A DNA stretch of 64,000 bases, taken from contig NW_020844929.1 of the NCBI RefSeq assembly GCF_003704095.1, forward strand, positions 1-64,000, in the 5' to 3' direction. The notes under the pieces are model-generated. The model was not told the origin of the DNA. It did no database searches and saw only the letters and a program-made list of their open reading frames with translations. Both the position numbers and the translations under genes were made by a program. Source of the DNA: Pocillopora damicornis. Its lineage: Eukaryota. Numbering within the stretch: the stretch's first letter is position 1; each line of letters begins with the position of its first letter. Below are positions 12,601 to 23,950 of the stretch, in pieces.

Positions 12601-13193
12601 AAGATATGCTTGGTTTCAAGCCTCGCAACAGATAACAAGGACTCCGTAATAAAGATACGCATTAAAAACATAACAGATAGGATGAGCGTAAGTACCCTTG
12701 TGTCCTTTTTGGACGGAAAAGTTTTGATTACCTTCATATCAATATTATATCTTGTTTCTTTATCCTTTAGCAAACTCTCTCCAAAGTCATTCAACTCAAG
12801 TAAGCCTCGCTCAAAAATCTGGTGATGACCACCAAGAGCTTGATATGGTGAAAAGCAAAGTCTAACATTAAGGAGCTGGTGCATTGAGAAGTAAATTGTA
12901 GAAATGTAAACGTAGTTATGACGCATTATTGCGTCCACATTGAAACTGCTAAAAGCTCTGTGTTCCTGCTATCTGTTCATTACTTTATGCCGACATTAAG
13001 GGACTTGGTGAAGTTTATAACTAATAAGTAAATGAAAATAAGTACGTAAATAGTTTCAAGTAGTTTTGCTGTCTAGTGGAAATACGAATGCATAAATTTT
13101 GTAGATACCCGCCCGAGGTCAACAGCGAAAAGAATCTCAAATTCAAGCGCTGTCAATACAGCTCCTAGAAACTTGGACGAAAATTTAAAATAG
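7578..13193 (+). CDS. GluR0-like K+-filter ion channel with iGluR-type topology (signal peptide, M1, pore loop, M3, extracellular domain, M4); 6 exons, 506 aa
   Basis: Exons 7578-8207, 8565-8659, 9366-9522, 11348-11417, 11593-12072 and 13105-13193, all GT-AG and phase-consistent (1521 nt). Spliced core: ...LSGMIIWLLDHRSNPETFSSRFWKGIADGMWWAIVTMTTVGYGDKAPKSWFSRLFAVVWMIAGIVLLSMFTAQVSSRLTTQELKGEDHLFGKKIGV...; late TM YLVPFGALMGAIVLAFIFGSIY; aataaa at 13255. The last exon is the least certain. Confidence 0.85.
9161..9193 (-). repeat. Minimal-hammerhead-like repeat fragment (core C3 mutated) in a channel intron
   Basis: Reverse complement is ctttgacgaagggatatcgctcgaaacgtcagc, matching the 23648-23681 motif. 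Confidence 0.6.
9603..9662 (+). repeat. Compound (CAC)n/(TAC)n microsatellite in channel intron 3
   Basis: Directly visible trinucleotide runs. Confidence 0.9.
10727..10872 (+). repeat. 19-bp tandem minisatellite (aaagttgtaacacgagtgt), about 7.5 copies
   Basis: Contiguous near-identical units with no spacers. Confidence 0.9.
10953..11082. mobile_element. MITE-like element with ~24-bp imperfect TIRs
   Basis: ataagtaataacatgatttcgagt (10953-10976) pairs with acttgaaatcatgtcattacctat (11059-11082). Confidence 0.6.
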
Positions 13194-13992
13194 ACGTCTG
13201 AGTGAAATGTTCTCAAAAGAGTTTGGTTTTAGCTTGATCTGGAGGCTAGAAAGTAATAAATGGCAAGTTTAAACGGCAAATGTATTTAACCGAGAAGTGC
13301 TATTCCATCATGTTCGTGAAGTCTGATCTTCCGGGTGAGAGTTGACCTAACACCAAGGAAGAGATGCCGCTAATAGTAACTGACGTTTGGACAACCTTAA
13401 CGGAAGTAATCTTTAGAGTCTGATGATGACTTCTGGTGATCTCTTCTCTCCCCGCATTTTCCACTCTAAAAAAAATTGACTGGTCGGATAAAAGATTGCG
13501 AGCAAGTATCAGCAACCTGTCATAATAAGACGCCTCTGCTGCCCAAACCGTACGAATAGGCTAATTGATGTTATTGATAACAATTTAGTAAGCAATTTTT
13601 ATAGGTTTTTGGATTGTAAATTAAGCTAAGGATAGTATTAAAATGTATGTAAGTAAATCCGCCTCGCTTATAATTGTATTGCAACGAATACTAGCTGTTT
13701 GCAAATAAAACGAGTGAATCCTCCAAAGAAAGGAATAATTAAACCTTTCGAACGTAATTGTAGGAATGTAATAATGACAATAATGATAATTTCCTTTATT
13801 TAAACACGATAAGGATTTAAGCTTTCCAGCGTGTGGGGTCGTGTTAATGTGCCAGCATGAATAAGGATCATTTCTACCCAATTTTTCACAATTTGCATGC
13901 AGTCGAAAACCCTCCTTTTTTGCTATGTCCGAGGAAAGGACCGGGAACGACAAAAAAACAGAAGACAAGACAAAGGACTGGGTCTCACAGTG

Positions 13993-14005
13993 GTTACTTA
14001 GCAAC
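13993..14005. promoter_or_regulatory. RFX X-box upstream of RSPH14
   Basis: GTTACTTAGCAAC fits the X-box consensus (RYYNYY-N-RRNRAC) and ends about 70 bp before the ATG of an axonemal gene. Confidence 0.7.
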
Positions 14006-14072
14006 AATTAGACCGCCATTTCTGTTTTGTGGAGACTGAACTATATCGTGAGCGAATTATCACTGATAAAAT

Positions 14073-17000
14073 ATGGCTCATACTGTCATATCCATGAAGT
14101 TACCCCCAAACATAGATCCTACGAAAGCACGTCTTGCTTATGGGGACCGTGCACTACCCAAACTAGTGAGTATACATCATATCGTTAATCATTTAATGCA
14201 GTGCATATAACAATTTTTAGACCTGTCGATCGTACTCGAATCGAACGTGCCCCTAGTTGGCTTAGAACCTCGCATCACTTCAGAATAACTTTCGTCTGTA
14301 GGCCTGCACGTTAAGTAGCTGTTTTGTAAATGTAATAATTTTAAAGGAAACGTTTTTTGTGATTGACTGTTTTATTAATAATCCTCTTCGATCAAGTACT
14401 CTATCACTGTGCTCTATAATTAGGGTTAATTGGACTTGCTTATTTATTGATTCATTTCTCCAAAGGAGAAAGGCTTGATTAATATGTTGATTCTTTTAGA
14501 ACCGTGAACTCAACAGTCCTGACCTGTTGACGAGACAGAGGGCATTGATGTCACTTTGTGATGTGATGCACAATCCTGAACATATATCTGAGGGGTTGAG
14601 AGTTGGTAAGTGGGACTGATAACTTGAACTGGATGTTTGAAGTATGCCTCTTCATGGAAAAAAGCTCTGTGTTCTTCACGGCTGTGTATTCTGGTACCAC
14701 ATTCTTGTCTACTACAGTGGTCTTGTGGCTCATATTGTTCGAATGGTATCTTGGTTTCCATAATGAAGTTGCTACATGTACTTCTGTTCTTTCCACTTTC
14801 AGCTTTGTGTTATTCAAGAAACAGAGCAATGTTTCTGTGTTTAAGTAGACTTATCTAGAACTTCTGTGTGTGACCCATTATATAATGTCTCATCAGTGTA
14901 AATGTATCTACTGCAGGTGTTGGTGCAAGTTTAAAGTCTCTGCTCAAAGACTCTGATGGTACAGTGAGGCATAAAGCAACAGAAGTGCTAAGCATCATTG
15001 CAGGTACTGTCAGTGCAAAAGAGTTTAATATGTATGTTTATTCTTGGAAGTATCTGCGTGAGCTGAGGTTTACAATGATATGGGACATATTGGAACATTA
15101 CATGGTAGTCTATGGAATTTTAACACACAGTGGTACATGTTTTCAGTAGTTACTTATCCATACTTACATGCATACTGTGACCTGTTAGGGTACATGTAAT
15201 TTATATACAGTGCCAGAAGCAGCTGTTTACCAAGTGAAGGGATAGAACAGGAAATTGAAAATTACCAGATTTACTGTAACTCTAAACTATTGTGATTCTT
15301 AATCAAATTGGAAGGTCATGCAGTTGGACGTGATGCATTTGTGGATCACAAAATGATTGTACCATTATCAGAACTGGTAAGTTATTATGTGAAAAAAATG
15401 AATTGAAATGCTATATTTTTAGATTTAAAATGAACCCTAAAGGCATAGCTTTCACTTATTTGTCCTTTTTCTCTCTTTTTATATGTACCTTCATTACAAA
15501 AAAAACTCTGAGTTGAGACTTACATGTTTAAATGAGTACAACCAGTAGATGGACTCATTGGTTCAGTGCAGATCTTGAGTCATTAACTTCATGTTATTAT
15601 TTACACGTCTAATTTTGTATACTTCATGACTGTATACTGTACAAAGGTGCATGCTTGTAAGGATGTATCATTATTTTACCAGTCTTTGAATGAATGAATC
15701 TATTGCAAATTATAGTTTGATGACAACGTCTATCAGGCCAGAAGGAATGCTCACAAGGCCATAGAGATGTGTGTACACATGAGTCCAGGTACTGAGGGAG
15801 TTGTTGATGCAAAGCTTGTTCCAGTTTTGGTGGGAAGACTTCTCAAAGAAGAGGATGAGATCAAGGTTAGGAAAAACATGAAATTGTTTCAGCATGCCTG
15901 TAAAGCCATATTAATACTAATAAAGAATTTTAAAAATTGTCCTTATACTCATTCTGCTTCCAGACTGACATGAATGTACAATACTTGAGCTCCATTTCTA
16001 TTCAGAAGTCAGTTGCATAGAGCTAGATGTTGTAATTTGTTTCAGTCTAACTTAAGAAATTGCTCATGCTGACAATAATGACATTAATCAAGGCATAGGC
16101 TGTAACTTTGGCATGCTTAGACCCTGTCACATAATGATTACCTACCTGTAAACTTGCATACAGACAAGTGTATCTCCCTAGCATTCCTGTTGTTTAGAAT
16201 ATTAAATTTGGTGTGAGGTGGGGAGGGGGGGTGATGTCTTGTGAAGGAGACTATGGACTTGTAGGAAAGACAAGAAAATACTGTCCATTGCCAATTAAAT
16301 GAGGTTAAATGCCTCTGGAAGGAGGGGGTTTAGTTTGGGTCTGTGGTTTCAGGGAGGGTATTTGTTGGCATAGTTTACGTTAAAATTACATTGTCACAAC
16401 TATTTGATAAGTACATGACATTTTCACAAGTATGCCACACCTTGACAGCTATGCTACAGGCTGTACACATGTAGCTTACATGAACATGTAGTTACCTCAC
16501 TGACCTCTACACTAAAATCAGTTTCTTGCTGCTCAGAAGAGAACTCAGTCCTCCTCTGTGGCTACCTAGACTTGTGTATAGACTACAGACCTTGTACCGT
16601 CCAGTTCTGTTAACAATATATGAGTGTTTCAATGATGTCTACACATACCTGCATGTGCGTTACATCTGGCATGTTTCCCTTTTAGGAACTTATTTTAGAC
16701 ACCCTACACTACTGTATGACAATAGAAACCCAGTCTGCACTAGATAGTGGAGCAATGGAGAGTTTCACAAAATTACTGTCCCACAAGACAGCAGCAATCA
16801 GAGCAAAAGCTGCCAGGGATGTCATGGATTTAAGGTAAATTGACATGAGTGTATTTCTTTTTTTATCAACACATTTCTTGAGAGGTCTAGAACTGACCCT
16901 GGGCAGCGTATTACATGATATTTCAGTGCACCGACTCCAAATCAGCTGCATTCACAAGTCCTTGAATCTTGCTTGCTGCTTAAAAGCACAGTAACTGACT

Positions 17001-18938
17001 GTTACTGACTGTTTGTTTCTGTATTACTAGGTTAAAACAAATCTTAAGTTTAACACAGTTATAAGCTGCAATGTCTTTGAAATGAGAAGTTTCCTTTCAA
17101 TTTGACAGTTTTCCTCTTGATGGCAAGGACAAAGCAGTAGATGTCGGAGCAATTCCTGAACTGGTGTTGCTTCTTGAAGATGATAACACTGACGCAAGAG
17201 CACAAGCTGCTGGTGCTATTATGACGTAAGTTAAACTTTTTATTTATTTATGAGGAGCTGAATGTATTGGAAAAGGTCTTATTCCTGACAGGTACAATTG
17301 ACTGTTACACCTATCTACAATTAATGTGATGCAGTAGTGGTTGGACTGTCTACAACCTTCAACTCCAAGCAATTTACATGTATTTCTGTTAACTTAAAAT
17401 CATTTGAAATTACTGTCAAAAAAGAAATAATTTTCCATCCATCCTGCTTACAGCGATGTGCATTCCATAGAAATTTTATCATAATGTCATGTGGCCCTGA
17501 TGTAGGTCATAAAGTTATTGTTTATGTTGGAACCCATGAGTAAAAATATATGAGCTACATGTAGGTAAATCACTCAAAACTGAAGTCAACATCCTCCATG
17601 TCTAAATAATTGATTCCTAATTGCTCTTACAAAGGGCTAACATCAGCCTTTAAACTCTCTATAGCAGTCAATTTACGTTTCAACTCAGCCGTTAACACTT
17701 TAACTCCCATGACCAAGGCAGAATTTCTCCTTACAATATCAATACAATATCAACCAGATAAGTGATGGGAATAAAGAAAAATATCAATTTGGGGATGATT
17801 AGTCGATCCCATACTAAATTCTCTGAACTAACATTATAAGAATTTTATGGTTGACAGTAAGGAGAATTACAAATTCAATCTGGGAGTTAAAGGGTTAACA
17901 CTAAATTACCTGTGATACTCTCCCACCAATGCAGCACCACACAGTTTCTTTAGAAACTTACCCCCTTGATTCTTAAATTTAGTTTGGCAGGGCATTCATT
18001 AATCCACTGATTAGCACAGGCTTAAGACTAGTGAAAAGTGAAAGAAAGGATAATACAGATTTACAGGTGGAAAATACATGATGCTGGTAATATTAGTGTA
18101 TTGTAGATGGTTGTCTTTTTTTGAGTTACAGGCTGAAACTGTTGTTTTCTTTACAATCATCTTGATCCTTCTCAGAATTACAATAACAACTAAAGGGAAG
18201 TACGCAGCAATAGAGGAGAATGCGATTCCTAACCTTGTGAAATTGCTAGACGACCCTGAAAGTGAAGTTAGACTCAATGCTCTTAAGGTATCAGTATGTA
18301 AACTACTATGTAAAGTTGTAATGTGCAGTATCCTGTCTTTGTTCAATGTCTACATAAGCACTCCAATGTCTCCAAAAATGTTATCCAATTTCCTGTGCAA
18401 CCATGAATTTCTTTATTAGTGTATCACAAATGGTGTCAATGTGTGTAACCAGCAAAAAATTTGTGCACAAATTGGTTGATCTTCTAGAAGTATAAGTAAC
18501 TAATTGAGAACAGTGGTAGCAACTTTTTAAAACTGGTTTGATCTTGTTGTAACTTCTTTTTTTTACTGTTACTCTGCTTCTTTTTTGATGTACAAACAGG
18601 CCATTACAACTCTTGCAGAAGCCCCTATTGGCAGAACAACACTGCTGGCTTCGGTTAATGAGGTAAGAGTCTCCAAGCATATTTGTAAATAAACAAGTAC
18701 TGTCTACGTGTACACTTCTGTTATAGTTATGAACCTTAACTTTGATAGCAGAGTCTACATCTTTCATTTTGAATCTTTAGGTTATCAATCCAGTCAATTT
18801 TGACTCAGTATTATTCAAGAAGTGACTTAAATAATTATTATTTCTTTACAGGTATCCAAGCTTATTCAGGATCATGACAGTCCAGCAGTCAGAAAGGCTG
18901 CACAGATAGCTGTTCAAGTCATCACTTGGAAGCCATGA
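14073..18938 (+). CDS. RSPH14: Radial spoke head 14 homolog (RTDR1), ARM-repeat protein; 10 exons, 341 aa
   Basis: Exons 14073-14165, 14500-14605, 14917-15003, 15315-15376, 15716-15865, 16686-16834, 17109-17225, 18176-18287, 18600-18662 and 18852-18938 (1026 nt, GT-AG). Begins MAHTVISMKLPPNIDPTKARLAYGDRALPKL...RQRALMSLCDVMHNPE and ends ...VRKAAQIAVQVITWKP*, matching RSPH14 as I recall it. Confidence 0.95.
17696..17894. mobile_element. piggyBac-type MITE (TTAA TSD) nested in a hammerhead-family repeat in RSPH14 intron 7
   Basis: ttaa|cactttaactccca...tgggagttaaaggg|ttaa. The flanks (~17631-17695 and 17899-17965) rejoin into the same repeat as 23805-23945. Confidence 0.75.
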
Positions 18939-19741
18939 TTGATTAATATCAATTAGTTTTAATATTGATACAAAAAGAAACACTTGTACTTTATATAAAT
19001 ATTTTGTATATAGTCTCTTTGTAAAGTTACTTTCATGTTGTGTATACAATATGTCTGCAGTCTTTTTAAAACAGAAAAATGCAAATAAAACTAGTTTGCA
19101 ATCATTGTAATCTAAAATTGTTAATATAAACAATAATTGATTGAAATTTGGTGTCACTGATGTTTAAAAAATGGCATAGTTCATGAAAACTGAAAAGCTG
19201 CATGCATTATAAATTTAAAGAATTTCATGAAAAAAAAAAAAGTGAAAGGCATTTTGGAATAAAGCATGCAAGAATGTTACAACTGGAAGAACACAGTACT
19301 TAACTGATTAAGGCCTGCATATGGTGCCCGATTAAAACACTGCAGCAAATACCCTGGTAGACAGATATGGAAAACTCTGAGAAAGGCCTAATGCATGAAA
19401 TATTAAATTTTCTTTCTTCTTTCATGGTAAACTGACGCTGGTAGCTGGCAAACTCTAAGAAAGGGGGTAATGCACAAAATATAAGTACAGAGCTTCATTT
19501 CTCTTCATCGACTCCTGTATGAACCAGTAAACTGTGTTGTAATACTACTTAAGTGTACAAAATGTATATGTGTAAAATTACAATGGTACATCTGGTCTTT
19601 TAATAACAGCCTCAGACCTTTCAATTAGAGTTCTCACTAGCTTTATATGTTCTCTAGCACCATATTGTATCTACCAGGATCTTAATATTTTCCATTTTTT
19701 CAGGGGGAGGGGTATATCCAAGCTTGACAATTTCTTTACAA

Positions 19742-21535
19742 CTATGTTGATGTTAAATCATATGATGATGGTGGGGGTGGGGGTGGCTCGTCTTCATCAG
19801 AATCAAACTCTGCATTTTCATCTTTCTGCCACTTTCCATCCAAGCCCATGATCCACCCAGCCTGTCGGAGGCGAGAAAAGTGTTTCCTCCTAGCCAGCTC
19901 TCCAGGACTTAACGGTGTCTTTTTCTGACTTTTTGGGCCAGGTGTATCAATTGATGGCTTCATGGATTGTTTAGTTTTCTCAAAATGATTGCTTTCCGAG
20001 TCCTTCACTGAATTTGACAAGTTTTTGCTTGATTCGGTCCTCTGCACATGTTTATAACCTGGTTTGTCATTACAGATGTCCAGGTCAATGGGCTTTCTGC
20101 GCTGAAAGAAAGGCAGCTGTTTTGATGTCCTTTCTTTGCTTTCTTTATGTTTTATTGAGCTTTTTGAGCCTTGAAGGGCCAACTCCTTTTTTTGTTGTGT
20201 AATCTTCAGCAATGGTGATTCATCTTCATTCGCATCATCCATAACCTTCTCCATGTATTTCATGTGTTCTCTCTTTTGCCGTATTTCAGCATCTTCTATC
20301 AGTTTCTCAAGTCTTACTTTGGCATCTGGAGGTTAAAGGGAAGTGAAGCAAAAGTAATTGTTGTGGAGTTGAATAAATCTTTTAGAAATACAAAATAGGA
20401 TAATACAAGAAAGTAGCTCCATTTTCTGCATATAAACACACACACACAACCCACAATTCAACCATCTGCTCTGAAGATAGGCTAACACTCAAAACATCAG
20501 CTTTGAAGCTCTTTAGCAGTGGCCAATTTACATCACCAACTCAGTTGATAACACCAAACGTTCTAATTTATACTCGCCCACAGATGTAGCACTTAAGTTT
20601 CTTTAGAAATTTACAGGTTACTAATCTGCGATTGGTAGATAAAGTACAAAATGACAGCTTTAGGAAAGAGAAAAAAGACGTTTGCCTGAAAAACATGTAA
20701 AATTCATGATGATTATAAATTAACTCCCCTTATCAACAGACTTTTTGTGATTGTGGAACATACACCACAGTTATACACAAAGTAAACAAACAAATGAAGG
20801 GAAAAAACAAACAAAAATTATAAACAAAACTAAACCAAACAAATTCTGGTTAACATGAAATTCTCTATCATCTCATGCTATTTAATTTGATTTGATTTGA
20901 TTTTTACACTTACATGAGAAATGTTTCTTCCCTTGCCTGTGAATTCTCAGTACAGCAACAGTGTCAAAAACTGGGCAGTGTTTACAAACTAGACAGGCAA
21001 ACCTAGAAAGAGCAAAACGAGTCTAAAATAGATTTGCAACAGACTAATAATAATTGTATCAATGCATACAAGTGTTCTGCATGCCCTGCTCGCTAGGATC
21101 AGTAATTTCGAAAGCGTCGACGTCGTGGGTCGAGAAAGATCGAGGAAGATGTACAGCTATACGTAGATGGTAAATTTTGAGTTCAGCCGTTGGACTGAGG
21201 AAGATGTTTTCTCAAGAGCTAAGCTTATCAAGTGGAAGTTAAAAGATAATTGTTACCTGCCATTTTTCGTGAGTGTGGCTTCGTCTTCGGGAATTTCTTC
21301 CAACAAAAGTTCGGATACTCGCTGTCTCTAAGACAGAGTAAGAACATGCAATTCATAATCAATGGAAATTTTCGTATTTTCGCCTATGTTTCGGCCTGGC
21401 AAACTGTTCACTAGGCCCAAATTAAAGATTAGTGTCGAGAGGGATTTGATTACTAAAGAAAAACGTTTTCACGAGTCTACGCACCTTTTGTACTCTTAAT
21501 GCAGTGGGGTCATCGCCAACTCTTTTAAATGACAT
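19742..21535 (-). CDS. SCNM1: Sodium channel modifier 1 (minor spliceosome zinc-finger protein); 4 exons, 264 aa
   Basis: Exons 21535-21485, 21327-21257, 21002-20914 and 20325-19742 (795 nt). MSFKRVGDDPTALRVQKRQRVSELLLEEIPEDEATLTKNGRFACLVCKHCPVFDTVAVLRIHRQGKKH (C2H2 finger) and the acidic C-terminal motif GWIMGLDGKWQKDENAEFDSDEDEPP. Confidence 0.95.
20468..20615 (+). repeat. Degenerate hammerhead-family (Penelope-type) repeat in SCNM1 intron 3
   Basis: gctctgaagataggctaacactcaaaacatcagc...aactcagttgataacacc...gtttctttagaaatttac. Confidence 0.65.
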
Positions 21536-23590
21536 TTTAAAACTTAGAAGTTTTCGTCTCAAGTAGTACGAATTTGTGATTATATCCACTTGTCGGAGCG
21601 CTATTCGTCGTATTCAATACCGTCCACCATGTTAACGCCCGCGTATATTTGTGTTAGCGCCTTTGCGTATTATAATAAATATTGTGGTGTATCCAGTGTG
21701 AAATAAATCCTATAGCAGAATGTTCATTAATCAAGTACGTTCTGTTAAAAACGCACTGATCTGGTTCAATCCCTAAATATTCGTCTCCAGTCATTCCATA
21801 ATCATTTCCCTTGACGATTGACGGCTGTAAAACCAACACTCCCAGTTTTAATTGTTAAGAAATCGAAGACAAGCCGGCCAGATGAGCTGAAACCACGAGA
21901 GAACCGATTCTACATTGCCTAGAGTTAAATGAGGACGCATTGATATCTAATGAGTTGCAGAATTTTATAACAATGAAAACATGAAAACAAATTATGACCC
22001 AAACTTAAGGAAAGTGAGAGACCGAAACACAAAAAAACAAAAGCAAAAACGAAAAAACGTTGAGCATTGCTGGAACGAATTACGATTCAAATCATATTAA
22101 TCAAGTAATCGAGTACTTTTATCATCTCTAAAAGAAATCAGAAAAGTCAACTTACATTCGAGTGAACTCTTTTACCCCTGTCACATCACCCCTATTATCA
22201 TGTAATGAAATCATATGTTTGATGGCAGAACGTAGCAGAATATATGAACTTCCGGCATAGAGCACATTTCGCGCATTTTAGTTTCCTATCGTGCCAGTCT
22301 GAGTGAGTTTATCTCAAGATTTTCTGGCGTTTTGGCTTAGTTATCAATAATTACCCACGCAATTGTTCACGTTCGCAATCTCTGTTCTGAGAGAGCTTAA
22401 TCTCCCGTGACTATTTCTTGAAATTCCCTCAAGGGGCGTACTCATCATAAAAATGTTGTTGCTGTCGTTGTACTTTTCTTTTTTTTTCTTTTGTTGCTTT
22501 TTATATTTGTTGTAGTTGTTCTTGTGTTGTAGGTTTTTTTCTATGCAAGGTCGCCACTTAATTTATTCATTCGTTTGGTACATCGTTAGAGGCGTGACGC
22601 TCCTTAGGAAAAAAAGGTGGAGGGAAATGATAACATTTGAATTCCTATGGCTCTTCAACTGACAATGCAGAAACACAATAAAATGTATATTTACGACTCG
22701 ATTATCGGATGCTCTTTAATTTGCTTTTCCAGAAATTCTTTACGTTCTTCAGCTCCAGAGCCTCTTTTTCATGAATGAATAATTCATTTTTCATTTTTAT
22801 CTAACTGATATATAAATATGTGAAAAATTCCAGGCTGGAATTTACCCAAAGTTTACAGTTACTTGAACTAGGTTGGTATTTAACGTAAAACGATGTATCA
22901 CCATGATAACCTTAACACTAGTTTCATGGATATGAAGAGTTTGGAATTGATGTTATTGTTGCAAGTTAGGTTAGCATATGGTGTTTTTCTGTCAAGCTCG
23001 GGTCGTTTTGCTACTAACGTGCGAGTAAGGTCTCGTCAGCACTAATGGGGGATTATCCACTGGCCTTTTAGAAAAAAGTTAAATATGATTATTCAGTTTT
23101 TATACTTGTGACTGTTTGCTAGTAAAGTTACCGAGCTTAAGCTTCATCTTGAGCTAGCTTACCGAGACTGTTATTTCGCAGTGGTAATGCTCAGTCATCC
23201 TTCGATCTGAAATGATACGTCGAATAGGTTATCACAGTTATTTGACAACCCCTTCTTATGAAGTTTTGCATGCACATAGATAATTAAATCCTGATCAGAT
23301 AACTATAATGAAGATAAAAGTGTTTTGTCTTGTCTCACTGATGTTGAGGCGCATGACAATCAAGAACGAATTTCATTGATGCGTACCAACCATGTACGTG
23401 CTTTAGATTTTATCACTCTTAGTCATAGACTATTTTTCCAAATAAGAAATTCTCAGTATTTTGACCGATAAATCAGTTCAGGCTCGCGAACTTTTCAGTC
23501 TAAAACATCAGCCAAAGTCCTTATTGTTTAGCTAAGAAAGGTTTTTTTTTTAAAATCTGGATTGACGCAACCGATTGCCATTAGCAGTTC

Positions 23591-23897
23591 ATTTAGTGCT
23601 AACAACTGAGTTGAAAACGTAAATTAGCCACCGTAAGGGGTAAAAAAGCTGACGTTTCGAGCGTTAGCCCTTCGTCAGAGCGATTGGATTCCTCCAATCG
23701 CTCTGAAGAAGGGCTAACGATTCCTCCAATCGCTCTGAAGAAGGGCTAACGATTCCTCCAATCGCTCTGAAGAAGGGCTAACGATTCCTCCAATCACTAT
23801 GAAGAAGGGCTAACGCTCGAAACGTCAGCTTTTTTACCCTTTACGGTGGCTAATTTACGTTTTCAACTCAGTTGTTAACACTAAATTACCTGCTATA

Positions 23898-23942
<45 letters not shown>

Positions 23943-23950
23943 TTTATTCG
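23591..23950. mobile_element. Penelope-type repeat arranged as a ~98-bp inverted repeat around 32-bp tandem units
   Basis: Arms 23591-23688 and ~23789-23886 are near-perfect reverse complements. The centre has three exact copies of ttcctccaatcgctctgaagaagggctaacga (23689-23784) plus a fourth, mutated copy. Confidence 0.85.
23648..23681 (-). ncRNA. Minimal type I hammerhead ribozyme motif (PLE-associated)
   Basis: Minus strand gct-CTGACGA-a-gggc-taac-gctc-GAAAC-GTC-agc: CUGANGA and GAAA core boxes, stem II, palindromic ACGU at stem III, GUC cleavage triplet, and gct/agc stem I. Confidence 0.7.

Noticed and set aside
20326-20913. U12-type intron in SCNM1 (acceptor region ttccctttaacctccag resembles a U12 branch site)
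   Set aside because: The donor is gtaagt (U2 type), not gtatcctt.
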